Shown here: piece after piece, positions 28,296 through 38,500 of the stretch
Numbering within the stretch: the stretch's first letter is position 1
How the letters are laid out: every line of letters begins with the position of its first letter
Assembly: GCA_040775225.1 (NCBI GenBank)
Contig: JAXGSX010000002.1
Coordinates: 1-40,064 of the forward strand
Source of the DNA: Kiritimatiellia bacterium
GTDB taxonomy: Bacteria; Verrucomicrobiota; Kiritimatiellia; JAAZAB01
Direction: 5' to 3'
Length of the DNA: 40,064 nt
Made by a program: the position numbers and the translations under genes
Notes under the pieces: model-generated
Told to the model about the DNA's origin: nothing
What the model saw: only the letters and a program-made list of their open reading frames with translations
The model's database searches: none

Positions 28296-30383
28296 TCAAA
28301 GCTTGGCCGCGATTTTTTCGATTTCGAAAAACTCCAGCACGTCGCCCGGCTCGAAGTCGGAGTAATTGTCCAGACGCACGCCGCATTCCTGCCCTTCGCG
28401 CACCTCGCCCACCTCGTCCTGAAAGCGTTTGAGCGTGAGCACCGCGCCTTCGTACAGCAGGTCCCCGTTGCGTTTTACCCGCACCTTGGAACGGGCGCGC
28501 AGTCGGCCGCTGACCGCCAGGCACCCGGCGATTTTGCCGGTTTTGGTGATGGGAAACACCTGGCGCACTTCGGCGCGGCCCAGCACCTTTTCGCGCAATT
28601 CCGGCGCCAGCAAGCCGGTCATAGCCTCGCGGATTTCATCGGCAATGTTGTAAATAATGCTGTAAAGCCGGATTTCCACGCCTTCGCGCTTGGCGGCGCG
28701 GACCACTTCCTCCGACTTGCCGACATTGAAACCGATGATGATGGCGTCCGACGCGCTGGCCAGCAGGACATCATTCTCGGTAATGCCGCCCACGCCGGTG
28801 AGGATGATATTGATGTGGACTTTTTCGCTTTGAATTTCCGACAGCACCTGCTGGATGGCTTCCAGCGAGCCGCGGGTATCGCATTTCAGCACCAGTTTCA
28901 GTTCCAGGCGCCGGCTGGCTTCCATGCGCTCGAAGAGGTTTTCCAGCGAGGTCTTATGCGCCGGGGCCGCCAGGTGCTCGTTGCGCAGTTCCATGGCGCG
29001 TTCTTCGGCCAGGCGCCGGGCGGCGCGCTCGTTGGGATACACCTTAAAAAATTCGCCCGCCGCCGGAATGGCGCTCAAGCCCATGCATTTGACCGGCGTG
29101 GACGGCAAAGCCTCGCGCACCTTGGCCCCATGGTCGTTGATCAACGCTTTCACCCGGCCCCAGCAGGCTCCGCAGACCACCGCATCGCCCACGCGCAGCG
29201 TGCCGCGCGTAACGATCAGGTGCGCCGTCGGCCCCATGCCGGATTCCATTTGGGCTTCCACCACGTATCCTTCCGCGCGCGGCCGGGGATTGGCCTTCAA
29301 CTCCAGGATTTCCGCCTGCAGCAGCAGCATTTCCAGCAGATGGCCTATGCCCGCGCCGGTTTGGGCGCTGACTTCGCAGCAGATCAAATCCCCGCCCCAT
29401 TCCTCAGGCGTCAGCCCGGCGGCCTGCAATTGGCGCCGAACCTGGTCGGGGTTGGCGGCCGGCAGGTCGGTCTTGTTGATAGCCACCATCAGGGTCGTGC
29501 CGGCGGCCTGGGCATGCTTGATAGCCTCTTCCGTTTGCGGCATCACGCCGTCATCGGCGGCGATGACAATCACGGCTATATCCGTCAGATTCGCGCCGCG
29601 GGCGCGCATGGCGGTAAAGGCTGCATGCCCGGGCGTATCGAGGAAGGTGATCAAATGGCCGTTATGCTCAACCGTGTAGGCGCCGATATGCTGGGTGATG
29701 CCGCCGGCCTCGTGCTTGGCGACGGCGGTTTTGCGGATGCGGTCCAGCAGGGATGTTTTGCCGTGGTCAATATGCCCCATAAAAGTCACCACCGACGGAC
29801 GGGGCGCCATATCTTCAGGCCGGTCTTGCTCGGATTCTTCCGGTTGCGCCGCCGGCATCGGGTGCGTTTCGGTTTTGCGCTCGTGTTCCAGGGTGAAACC
29901 GTGTTTTTCCGCCACCTGCTGGGCGGTCTTGATGTCCAGTTTTTCGTTAATGGACGCCAAAACGTTCATCAGCATCAACTCGGCGATCAACTGGTTGGGT
30001 TTCATGCCGAGCAATCCGGCAAATTCCCGGACCACGATCGGTCCGCGCACCGTCACCACGCGGCCTCCCGGAGCCGGCGCGGCCGGGGGGGGCGGCGCCG
30101 CCGGAGGCGCAGGCGGCGGGCCGGTTCGTTCGGCCGGCGGCCGCTTGGCGGGCGGGGGTGTTTTCTGCTGGGGGCGCTCGGGCGCCGCGGCGGTCTTGGC
30201 GGGCGGCGGCGCGGCCGGCGCAGGCGCGGGAGGCGGAGCCTGCTTGGCGGAGCGGAATTTTTCCGCCACCTCATCCGCAATGGCGCTCATGTGATTCTTG
30301 ACATCAACATCAGCCGCGCGCAACTGCTCCAGCAATTCCTTGCTGGTGGTTTGCAATTCCCTGGCTAATTCAAAAACCCGCAT
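28296..30383 (-). CDS. infB: Translation initiation factor IF-2
   Basis: The N-terminus is [12 protein letters not shown] Pro/Ala-rich linker follows. The GTPase motifs are [17 protein letters not shown] and NKTD, followed by C-terminal beta-barrel domains. Confidence 0.96.
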   Translation of the reverse strand: MRVFELARELQTTSKELLEQLRAADVDVKNHMSAIADEVAEKFRSAKQAPPPAPAPAAPPPAKTAAAPERPQQKTPPPAKRPPAERTGPPPAPPAAPPPPAAPAPGGRVVTVRGPIVVREFAGLLGMKPNQLIAELMLMNVLASINEKLDIKTAQQVAEKHGFTLEHERKTETHPMPAAQPEESEQDRPEDMAPRPSVVTFMGHIDHGKTSLLDRIRKTAVAKHEAGGITQHIGAYTVEHNGHLITFLDTPGHAAFTAMRARGANLTDIAVIVIAADDGVMPQTEEAIKHAQAAGTTLMVAINKTDLPAANPDQVRRQLQAAGLTPEEWGGDLICCEVSAQTGAGIGHLLEMLLLQAEILELKANPRPRAEGYVVEAQMESGMGPTAHLIVTRGTLRVGDAVVCGACWGRVKALINDHGAKVREALPSTPVKCMGLSAIPAAGEFFKVYPNERAARRLAEERAMELRNEHLAAPAHKTSLENLFERMEASRRLELKLVLKCDTRGSLEAIQQVLSEIQSEKVHINIILTGVGGITENDVLLASASDAIIIGFNVGKSEEVVRAAKREGVEIRLYSIIYNIADEIREAMTGLLAPELREKVLGRAEVRQVFPITKTGKIAGCLAVSGRLRARSKVRVKRNGDLLYEGAVLTLKRFQDEVGEVREGQECGVRLDNYSDFEPGDVLEFFEIEKIAAKL

Positions 30384-30388
30384 AAATT

Positions 30389-31657
30389 TTATTCCTTGTC
30401 TGCCGCGGGCGGCGTAAGGGCGGCGGCGGCCGCGGCCTTGACGGCCTCGGCCGTGGCGCGGTCAAAGCCGGCCATTTCCTCCAGATCGCCGACATCGGCC
30501 GCCACAATGCCTTCCACAGTCAAAAATCCTGCATGGACCAGCTTGTCGGCCTGGGCCCGATCCAGGCCTTCCACCCCCGCCAGGGTGTCCACGGCCATCA
30601 GAACTTTCTCCTCGAAGCTGATGTCATCCTTGTCGCGCTGGATATCCACTGTCCAGCCCAGCAATTTGGAGGTCAAACGCGCATTTTGCCCGCGCTTGCC
30701 GATCGCCAGCGAAAGCTGGTCGGTATCCGTCACCACCGTCACGCGATGCTCCCGTTCATCCACGATGATTTTATTCAACTTGGCCGGGTTCAAGGCGTTG
30801 GTGACGTAGGTTTTGATGTCCGGACTCCAGCGCACGATGTCAATTTTTTCGCCCAAGAGCTCGCGCACGATGTTTTTCACCCGCATGCCGCGCATGCCGA
30901 CGCAGGCGCCCACCGGATCAACCTTCTCGTCGCGGCTGGAAACCGCGATCTTCGTGCGGAACCCGGCTTCGCGGGCGATGCCTTCGATTTTCACCGTGCC
31001 GTCGCTGATTTCGGAAATTTCGAGCTCAAACAGCCGGCGCACAAAATCCGGGTGGCTGCGCGACAGGGTGACCTGGTAGCCGCTGACATGCTCCTGCACG
31101 CTCAAGACAAAGGCGCGGATGCGGTCGCCCACCTGGTATTCCTCGGTCGCCACCTTCTCCCGCGACGGCATGATGGCTTCCACCCGGCCCAAATCCACGA
31201 TCACATCGCCGCGTTCCAGCCGCACGATCGTGCCGCTGACAACGTCGCCCAGCCGGTCTTTGTACTCCTTGAGGACAATTTCCTTTTCCGCCTGCCGGAT
31301 TTTCTGCACAATGGCATGTTTGGCCGTTTGCGCGGCAATGCGTCCGAAATCCCGCGCCGACATTTCCACGTCCACCAATTCGCCCAGTTGGGCGTCGGGC
31401 TTGATTTTCCGGGCCTCCGTCAGGCTGATCTGGGCGTTGCGGGAATGCACCCGCTCCACGACTTCCATCTTGGCGAACGCCTTGATGGCCAGGGTTTTTT
31501 CGTCAATTTTAATCCGCAAATCGCGGGTCGGCCCGGCGGCGCTTTTACGCGATGCTGAAAGCAGGGCGGCTTCCACCATCTGGATCAGCGCCATGCGGTC
31601 AATTCCGCGTTCGCGCTCCATGCTTTCGATAACCGCGCGCAGTTCAGTGGTGCTCAT
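30389..31657 (-). CDS. nusA: Transcription termination/antitermination factor NusA
   Basis: It has an N-terminal RNAP-binding region, an S1 domain (GDVVSGTIVRLERGDVIVDLG) and KH1/KH2 domains (VGACVGMRGMRVKNI, AIGKRGQNARL). Confidence 0.95.
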   Translation of the reverse strand: MSTTELRAVIESMERERGIDRMALIQMVEAALLSASRKSAAGPTRDLRIKIDEKTLAIKAFAKMEVVERVHSRNAQISLTEARKIKPDAQLGELVDVEMSARDFGRIAAQTAKHAIVQKIRQAEKEIVLKEYKDRLGDVVSGTIVRLERGDVIVDLGRVEAIMPSREKVATEEYQVGDRIRAFVLSVQEHVSGYQVTLSRSHPDFVRRLFELEISEISDGTVKIEGIAREAGFRTKIAVSSRDEKVDPVGACVGMRGMRVKNIVRELLGEKIDIVRWSPDIKTYVTNALNPAKLNKIIVDEREHRVTVVTDTDQLSLAIGKRGQNARLTSKLLGWTVDIQRDKDDISFEEKVLMAVDTLAGVEGLDRAQADKLVHAGFLTVEGIVAADVGDLEEMAGFDRATAEAVKAAAAAALTPPAADKE

Positions 31658-31695
31658 AACATGTTTGCCTTATCATCGCCGAAATTCGAATACTC

Positions 31696-31724
31696 AAACT
31701 AGCGCCCGCGGCCGCCAAAGTCAA
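31696..31724 (-). promoter_or_regulatory. Candidate sigma70-type promoter for the nusA operon (TTGACT-N17-TAGTTT on the minus strand)
   Basis: The -35 is the reverse complement of 31719-31724. The -10 is the reverse complement of 31696-31701, about 35 nt before the nusA ATG. No rimP ORF lies between it and nusA. Confidence 0.45.
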
Positions 31725-31747
31725 GGAATTTCACACTAAATAATTGC

Positions 31748-31776
31748 TTGACGATGCCTGACGGCATTTTTAATAA
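31748..31776 (+). promoter_or_regulatory. Candidate sigma70-type promoter for the TPR gene (TTGACG-N17-TAATAA), back to back with the nusA promoter
   Basis: Hexamers are at 31748-31753 and 31771-31776. The -35 boxes of the two divergent promoters are 23 bp apart. Confidence 0.45.
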
Positions 31777-31838
31777 TGTCAGCCGCGCAAATAACCCCGC
31801 GGCGCCGCCAACGCGGCCAACCTCCATTTTGAACCGCC

Positions 31839-32219
31839 ATGCCCCCATGCAAAACAAGAAAAGACACGGCCGGCCGGCGCCGGCAGATTGATTTTCTGGA
31901 AGCTGTTCGCCGCCGCTGTCCGGGGGATATTCCCGTGATGAAGGCCCTGGCGGAGCTTTATACTCAGGCGGGACAGTACGCCAAAGGACTGCTGGCCGAC
32001 CTGGAACTTACGCGCGCCTGCCCGGCCGATCCCATGGTCTGGTACAACCTGGCATGCAGCCATGCCGTTTTAAAACACAAGGACGAAGCCATCAGCGCCC
32101 TGACGCTGGCTGTGGATTTAGGCTACCGGGATTTCCCCTGGATGCGCCAGGACAAAGACCTGGAATCCATCCGCGACGACCGGCGGTTCCGCGACTTGCT
32201 GGCCAAAAGCCGCGCCTGA
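31839..32219 (+). CDS. Small tetratricopeptide-repeat protein (126 aa)
   Basis: It has a TPR-like helix pair followed by the common C-terminal cap WYNLACSHAVLKHKDEAISALTLAVDLGYRDFPWMRQDKDLESIRDDRRFRDLL. Confidence 0.7.
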   Translation: MPPCKTRKDTAGRRRQIDFLEAVRRRCPGDIPVMKALAELYTQAGQYAKGLLADLELTRACPADPMVWYNLACSHAVLKHKDEAISALTLAVDLGYRDFPWMRQDKDLESIRDDRRFRDLLAKSRA

Positions 32220-32275
32220 CCCGGCCGGCGGGGGGGGAGTAAGTTCGCTGTCAACGCGCCGCGCGGCGAGGGGCG

Positions 32276-33100
32276 TCAGTCCGCGCTGGCCGGCGCGGCG
32301 GCATCCGCCGGACGAGCGGGGGCGGCTTTGGACGGAGCCTGATCCGCCGGCTCGGCCACCACGCGGAAGCCCAGGTTGATGTAGCGATAATCGGGCTCGT
32401 AGGAACTCTGGCGGTCCAATCGCATGAACATCGGAATATAATCCGACCACGAACCGCCCTTGAGAATCCGGCTTTGCTCGCCTTCCTTGTCGGCCGTCCA
32501 TTCCCACACATTGCCGCCGGTGCCGTACAGGCCCCAGGCGTTCACCCCGCTTTTACGCACCGGCGCCGACACCTGGAATTTATCGGCGCGCTCGACTTTG
32601 GCGCCCACGGCCTGGTTTTCCATGCCGAAATAATTCCAATGGGCGGGCGGCGGCCAATCCGATCCCCAGGGGTATTCCAATGCACGGCCGCAGGCGGCAA
32701 AGGCAATCCATTCTTTTTCCGTCGGCAGGCGGAACTTGTATTTCTTGGCGCCCGCGGCGCCGTATTCCTTCGTCAGCCAGGCGCAAAAAGCTGTTGCATC
32801 CTTCCAGGAAACATTCACGGCCGGCTGGTTATCTTGGTTCAAATCCTGGCCATTATGCTGGCCGCTGTTATGGCCCGGCTTGAATTTGCGGTATTGGCCG
32901 TTGGTGACTTCATACTTGCCGACCAGCAACTTCATCGGCGGCACCAACACCAGCCGCAATTCCACATCGCCGCCCAGTTTCAAGCTCAAGTCTCCGGGTT
33001 TGAGCGGTTCTTCAAACCCCAGCCAACTGCAACCGGCGCCGGCCAGCAGGCCTGCGCCTAAAAACGCCGTCTGGAATAGTCCCCTCAGGGTGGCTGACAT
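32276..33100 (-). CDS. Formylglycine-generating-enzyme (FGE / SUMF1 / sulfatase-modifying factor) domain protein, probable lipoprotein
   Basis: The signal peptide has a Cys (LLAGAGCS). FGE-family motifs are PAVNVSWKDATAFCAWL, GLYGTGGNVWEWTAD and RILKGGSW. The C-terminal tail is Ala/Pro-rich. Confidence 0.85.
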   Translation of the reverse strand: MSATLRGLFQTAFLGAGLLAGAGCSWLGFEEPLKPGDLSLKLGGDVELRLVLVPPMKLLVGKYEVTNGQYRKFKPGHNSGQHNGQDLNQDNQPAVNVSWKDATAFCAWLTKEYGAAGAKKYKFRLPTEKEWIAFAACGRALEYPWGSDWPPPAHWNYFGMENQAVGAKVERADKFQVSAPVRKSGVNAWGLYGTGGNVWEWTADKEGEQSRILKGGSWSDYIPMFMRLDRQSSYEPDYRYINLGFRVVAEPADQAPSKAAPARPADAAAPASAD

Positions 33101-33136
33101 AATAACCTCCGGTTGATGATGCCCGCCGCCGGCGGG

Positions 33137-33769
33137 TCAGGTATCCTGAATTTGAATCCGCATGGTCGCGTTTTTCAAGGCTTCGACATGGCCGCCCAGG
33201 TCCTGAGGTTTGATGCCGAAAGAAAGGGCTTCGAGCAGCTTCTCCATCCCGCCCTGGAAAGTCTGGCGGTCGTTGCGGACCACCTGCATCAGCATGACGC
33301 TTTCCGGCAGCATCAACTGTGTTTTCAGATGATCCTGCTGCGACATGATGACAAACGGTTTTTTGCAATTCGGGCAACGGCCCCGCTTGTTGACATCCGT
33401 ATCCCGCAGCCAGAGTTTCTGCCCGCAGGAAGGGCAACTGATTTTGAAATCCACTTCGCCCTGGTCGCGCAGGAACACGACCGCAAACGGCACCCGGATT
33501 TCATCCGGGAGCGCGCGGTAAATCGCCTTGATTTTATCCAGCGAAAGCACATCCAGAAACCGCACTACCAGCGCCACGGCATCCGCCTGGCTGATCAATT
33601 CGTCAAAAGTCGGGTCCTGCGCCGGATCGCCGGCAAACACATGGAACTGAACCCGGTGGTCGCCGATCTCCGCCTCCGCGTTCAAGTCCGTCAGACCGGT
33701 CAGAACAAAATCCTCCGCCAGATCGCGATATATCGAAAGCGCCAATACATTCAGTTTTTTTCCAGGCAT
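33137..33769 (-). CDS. Uncharacterised protein: a degenerate Ras-like (pseudo-GTPase-like) N-terminal domain, a CxxC...CxxC zinc ribbon and a helical C-terminal region
   Basis: The start is ATG 33769, with GGGAG 9 nt upstream. The zinc ribbon is CPSCGQKLWLRDTDVNKRGRCPNCKKPF. The N-terminal strand/helix pattern mimics G1-G4 positions (KLNVLALS, VFAGD, AVALVV, VVFLRDQ) without a GxxxxGK[ST] P-loop or an NKxD motif. Confidence 0.65.
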   Translation of the reverse strand: MPGKKLNVLALSIYRDLAEDFVLTGLTDLNAEAEIGDHRVQFHVFAGDPAQDPTFDELISQADAVALVVRFLDVLSLDKIKAIYRALPDEIRVPFAVVFLRDQGEVDFKISCPSCGQKLWLRDTDVNKRGRCPNCKKPFVIMSQQDHLKTQLMLPESVMLMQVVRNDRQTFQGGMEKLLEALSFGIKPQDLGGHVEALKNATMRIQIQDT

Positions 33770-33928
33770 ATCCACACGCTCCCATTAGAATTTTCAAAAA
33801 CAAAACGCTGCCGCCTCCAGGCGCGCAGTTGCCTTAAGGCCGAAATATCCGCTGCAACTTGCAAAGGTAAGTCATTGTCCGGAAATATTCAAGCAAAAAC
33901 ACCTGCCGGCATGCGGCGATGAATGTAT

Positions 33929-33957
33929 TTGCATTTGCCGCGCCTTTAACATATAAA
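33929..33957 (+). promoter_or_regulatory. Candidate sigma70-type promoter for the uxs-FHA-giant gene string (TTGCAT-N17-TATAAA)
   Basis: Hexamers are at 33929-33934 and 33952-33957. They are followed by the SD-like AAGGGAGGG and the GTG at 33995. Confidence 0.5.
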
Positions 33958-33994
33958 TTGGCCGGCATGGCATCCAAGGGAGGGTGTTGAATTC

Positions 33995-34939
33995 GTGAAT
34001 AAAACAAAACAAATCACTTCCATCGTCACTGGCGGCGCAGGTTTTCTGGGATCGCATTTATGCGAATTTTTATTGAGGCAGGGCAACCGGGTGATTGCCA
34101 TTGACAACCTGGTTACCGGCAACATCAACAACATCAAACATTTACAGGACAACCCCTTCTTCCTTTTCCAGGAACACGATATTACCAGGCGGATTGAAGT
34201 GGACGGACCGGTGGAGTTCATTTATCATTTCGCCTCGCCTGCCAGTCCGATTGACTACCTGCGCCTGCCGATCCAGACCTTGAAAGTCGGCGCCATGGGC
34301 ACACACAACGTCCTGGGCCTGGCCCTGGCCAAGGGCGCCGTCATGCTCCTGGCCTCCACCTCGGAGATTTACGGCGACCCGCTGGTGCATCCGCAGCCGG
34401 AGACTTACTGGGGCAACGTCAATCCCATCGGTCCCCGCGGGGTTTACGACGAGGCCAAGCGCTTTGCCGAAGCCATCACCATGGCCTATCGCCGCGCGCA
34501 CCAATTGCACACGCGCATTGTGCGAATTTTCAACACCTACGGGCCGCGCATGCGTCCGAACGATGGGCGGGTGGTGCCGGCTTTCATCAAGCAGGCGCTG
34601 GCGGGAAAACCGCTGACGGTTTTCGGTCAGGGGACGCAGACCCGCAGTTTCTGTTACGTGGACGACCTGGTGCGCGGGATTTACGCCCTGGCCAACTCGC
34701 AGGAGAGCGATCCGGTCAACATCGGCAATCCCCATGAAATGACCGTGCTGGATTTCGCCCGCAAAATAATCGAACTTACCGGCAGCGCTTCCACCATCCG
34801 GCATGAACCGTTGCCGGAAGACGACCCGCGCATCCGCCAGCCGGACATTACCCGCGCCCGCCAGCTGCTGCACTGGGAACCGCAGGTGCCGCTGGAGGAA
34901 GGATTGCGGCGCACCATCGCTTTTTTCCAGAAAGTTTAA
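33995..34939 (+). CDS. uxs: UDP-glucuronate decarboxylase (UDP-xylose synthase), SDR family
   Basis: Motifs seen are [71 protein letters not shown] and RQPDITRA. Confidence 0.92.
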   Translation: MNKTKQITSIVTGGAGFLGSHLCEFLLRQGNRVIAIDNLVTGNINNIKHLQDNPFFLFQEHDITRRIEVDGPVEFIYHFASPASPIDYLRLPIQTLKVGAMGTHNVLGLALAKGAVMLLASTSEIYGDPLVHPQPETYWGNVNPIGPRGVYDEAKRFAEAITMAYRRAHQLHTRIVRIFNTYGPRMRPNDGRVVPAFIKQALAGKPLTVFGQGTQTRSFCYVDDLVRGIYALANSQESDPVNIGNPHEMTVLDFARKIIELTGSASTIRHEPLPEDDPRIRQPDITRARQLLHWEPQVPLEEGLRRTIAFFQKV

Positions 34940-34963
34940 CCGCCAACAGGGGAGGAAGCCGCC

Positions 34964-35353
34964 ATGTTTTTGCGCTACGTTTTACCTGACGGCACGCAGA
35001 AGGAATACAAGCTGGAACAGGAATCCGTCTCCATTGGCCGCGCCGCGGAAGCCGATATCGCCATCCCTGACAAACTGGCATCGCGCCTGCATTGCGGCGT
35101 TTCATTCTGGGACGACTCCTATTTTCTGCGCGATTTCAAATCCCGCAACGGCACGTTCGTCAACGACAAACCTGTGGAAGTCTGCCGGATCAAGGCCGGC
35201 GACCGTATCCGGGTCGGCGACACCATCATTAACGTGGAAGGCGACGCCAAGGGCACTGAAACCGTTTTAATCGAGCTGCGGGATGCCATGGCCAAGGGCA
35301 AGGGCTACCACACCATCCTGCACGAGATCATTGACGAAGACGGCCGGCAATGA
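34964..35353 (+). CDS. Small FHA-domain protein (129 aa)
   Basis: FHA signature residues are present: SIGR...D, SRLHC, FLRDFKSRNGTFVN and GDRIRVGD. A strong SD (GGGGAGGAAG) lies 5 nt upstream. Confidence 0.85.
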   Translation: MFLRYVLPDGTQKEYKLEQESVSIGRAAEADIAIPDKLASRLHCGVSFWDDSYFLRDFKSRNGTFVNDKPVEVCRIKAGDRIRVGDTIINVEGDAKGTETVLIELRDAMAKGKGYHTILHEIIDEDGRQ

Positions 35354-35510
35354 CCGGGGCGGACGCTCAGTCCGCCGCGGCCCGACCGCCATTGCGGCGA
35401 ATTCAGCCAGGCCATTCCGCTGGGCGAAACCACGTCTCCTACGGCCATCGCCTGCGCCTGCCTGGCCGGCCCGGCGTAAAAATCACGCCCGAGCGCACGG
35501 ATTCAGGATA

Positions 35511-38500
35511 ATGAAAATTCCAGCGGATGGAGGATTTTATCGTCGTTGCGGTTTGTTATGCCTGGGCGGTCTGCTGGCAGCCGGCGCGCCGGCGGATGCC
35601 GGCGAACCCGCGGTGCTGGCGCTGGCCGCCGGCGACAGGGTCATGCCCCAGATGCAGCGTTACGGCGTGCGGGTTGAGGTTTACCATCAGCGCAAGATCA
35701 GCCAGACGGTCGGCGTGGAATTCGAAAACGACCTCGCGCATTCCCGGGCGCTGATCGTCATGCGCGGCGGAGAACACGCCGCGCGCGATATCTTCGCCAG
35801 GAGCGCCTGCCGGGAGGCCATCCGCGAATTCCTCGCCCGGGGCGGCGCGCTTTTTTTCGATTACAACACCTGCCATGCCGTAATGAGCGGCCCCGGGGCC
35901 GATTTCCTGCGAAGCATCGGCATACCGCCGCCGCCGGCATGCGACCAATCCACGCTTAAGGATTATACGGGGGTTTTAACCGGGGCGGGCCTGGCTGCGC
36001 TCGGTCATGCCCCGAACGTTTTGCCGCCGGCGCCATTTTCCGGCGGATTCGGCGGCTGGCTCAATCCGCCGGCCGGGATGACGGCCCTCGCGCGGATGGC
36101 GATCAGCCCCCAGGCCGCCGTGCTGCTGGAATGCAGCAATGCCGCCGGCGGGGGGCGGGTTTATTTTTCACAGCTGGCGGCGTTGATGACGGAAAAGCAT
36201 CCCGCCAGCTTTGAAAACGTCTGGTCGCTGCTGCTTGGCGAAAACATCCGGGCCGGCGGCCCCGGCATGCCCGCCGCCGCCGCGGATGCATTCGCCGTGG
36301 CCAACCCGCCGGCCAACCCGTTGTACCTGGCGGAAGCGCATAAACGCACGGCATGGCGCCTTCCGGAGTATAAAAAACGGCTGCCGATCCTGGCGGCCGA
36401 GCCGGTGGGGCTGGCGCGGCGCGGCGCGCCGGCCGGCATTGTGCTGGATAAGTCGGTGTTGCCGGGCGGATTCCGGCTGACGACTGATTACGGCGCGGTG
36501 ATCCCCGCGCAGGCCACGCCGCTGCCCGATGGCAAAACGGAAATTGTTTTCCAGACCGACCTGCTGCCCTACGGGCACTTGCTCTTTTTCCTGTATGCGG
36601 ATGGTCCGGATGCGCCGGCGGATGCGGCAGGGATGCCCGGGCTGGCGGTGGCGGAATCCGGCGCCATACTGGAAGTCGCCAACAACGCGCTGGTGGCAGG
36701 CTTTCTGCCGGATGCGCCCGGCCTGGCATCCCTGCGCTGGCGCAGCGGTTGCACGGAAAACGCCATCAGCGGCTGGCGGGGCATAGACACCGGCATGGCC
36801 CTGGCGCCAACCCGCGCGGGCGCCAACCGTTGGACGCCGGCCAGAGTGGTGGAACGCGGCCCGGTGCGGGTGGTGGTGGAGCAGCGGGAACCGGTTTCCG
36901 GACAATCCGCCCGGTTCGTGTTTTATGCCGGCGATATGCCGGCGGTAGCCCATGATTATGCCCTGCCGCACCCGGGTGGAATTGTTGACCTGGCCAGCCG
37001 GTGGGCGCCGGGCGGACAATCCGCCAACTGCGTCATGGCCTACGAATCGCCGGCGGGCATCCGGCTGATTGAAGCCCGGTTTGAGAAAGGCGACATGGCG
37101 CCGGCGGCCTTCGACAATCTCCAGCCTTTCATGAAGGAAGGCTGGTATGCCATCCAGGATGCCGCCGGTGCGGGAGTGGGACTGTGCTTCGCGCGCGAAG
37201 CCGCCAGGATAGTCAGCCTCGAACGCCGGGCGCATACGGGCGCCGGCAGCCGCCTGCGGCTGGCACTGGAAGGCCAACACCATCACGCGCTGGTCGTCTT
37301 GACGCGCGCCGGCTGGCAGGATGCGCGCGCGGCTTACATCGCCTACCGCCATCCCCCGGAAATCCGGATGGGCGCATGGCAGACACTGGATGCCTTTGCG
37401 CCGCCCGCCATTCCCCGGCCGGATCGCGATTGCGGCCAACTGCTCTATTTCCGGTCGCGCTGGATGAAACCGGGCCTGGCCGCCGATACCCCGGCGGAAG
37501 CCGGCCGTGAAAAGGCGCGGCGCATGATCGCCGCCGCCGTCCAGTACGGCGCCAACATCATCCGCCCCGCGGTGGAAGGCGCGCAGACTCCCGCCAGCCT
37601 GGCCTGCTGGGAAGCGCTCGTGCGCCTGGCCGCCGCCAACGGTTTGGCGATTTTCGGGTTTGCCCCGCCGGCCAACCCGATCACCCGGGAGGAACTGCAG
37701 TCGTTTGACGCGCCCCGCCCCTGCCCGGTGAAAGACCGGATATATTACCTGCGCACTTTCGGCGATGGCGCGGAAGCATCGGCGCGGCATGGCGGCGGCG
37801 ATTACATCCATGTCATGGACGAGTATTCCTGGAACAACACCAATGCCGCCGCGCAGGCGCTGTTCCAACAGCGCTATGGCGGCGCCATGCCGCTCCCGCA
37901 ATCGGCCAACTGGGGCGACACCCAAGACCGGGATTACGCCAACCTGCTGCTGTTCCGGACCGAAATCATCACCGAACTGGCGCGCGATGCCGCGCAAGCC
38001 ATCCGGGTTCACTGCCCCCGGACCATTGTCTCCAGCGTGGTCAACTACAAGGGGCTGGACAGCCCGTTCCGCTGGTCCGATCTCGAAGAGCATTCGCGTT
38101 ACCTGGACATGGGCGGCATAGATTTGTATTCCTCCCTCAACAATTACCGCCGCCTGCTGATGTATGCGCGCGGCGCATTCGGCAATCAAAGCCGGGTGGA
38201 AAACTGCATCGGCTACGCCGATCCCGGCAATCTGGCGCAGCAGATGGACCTCTGCGCGGTTTACGGCGCCAGCATGCAGTACTTTTCCGGCTCGGATTAT
38301 TTCCAGATCGCGCCATGGAAGACGGCGGATATCGTCGGCCCTTATTACCGCTGGCTGAAATATTCCGGCATGAACAGCCTTTTAAACGCCATGGCCCCGG
38401 TGAAATACGCCGCGGTGCTGCGCGACAAGGCCCTGCTGGCGGAAACCATCCGCAACCTGGAAATGCCGAAGGAACAGAGCAACCTGGCGGTGGAACGGGG

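Noticed and set aside
30050-30260. A highly repetitive GC-rich stretch (GGCGGCGG / GGCGCC repeats) that might look like a repeat array
   Set aside because: It is in frame within infB and encodes the Pro/Ala-rich flexible linker of IF-2. It has no regular repeat-spacer periodicity.
26910-30368. A 1152-aa plus-strand ORF running antisense across ribF, truB, rbfA and infB
   Set aside because: Every part of it lies opposite a well-conserved minus-strand gene. The translation is low-complexity and Arg/Gly/Ala-rich, including runs such as RRRRRRRRR. This is the classic stop-codon-poor shadow frame of GC-rich DNA.
32230-32237. A G8 homopolymer between the convergent TPR and FGE-domain genes, considered as a possible phase-variation tract
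   Set aside because: It lies in the 3' intergenic region of both genes, not in a promoter spacer or coding frame, so slippage would have no obvious consequence.
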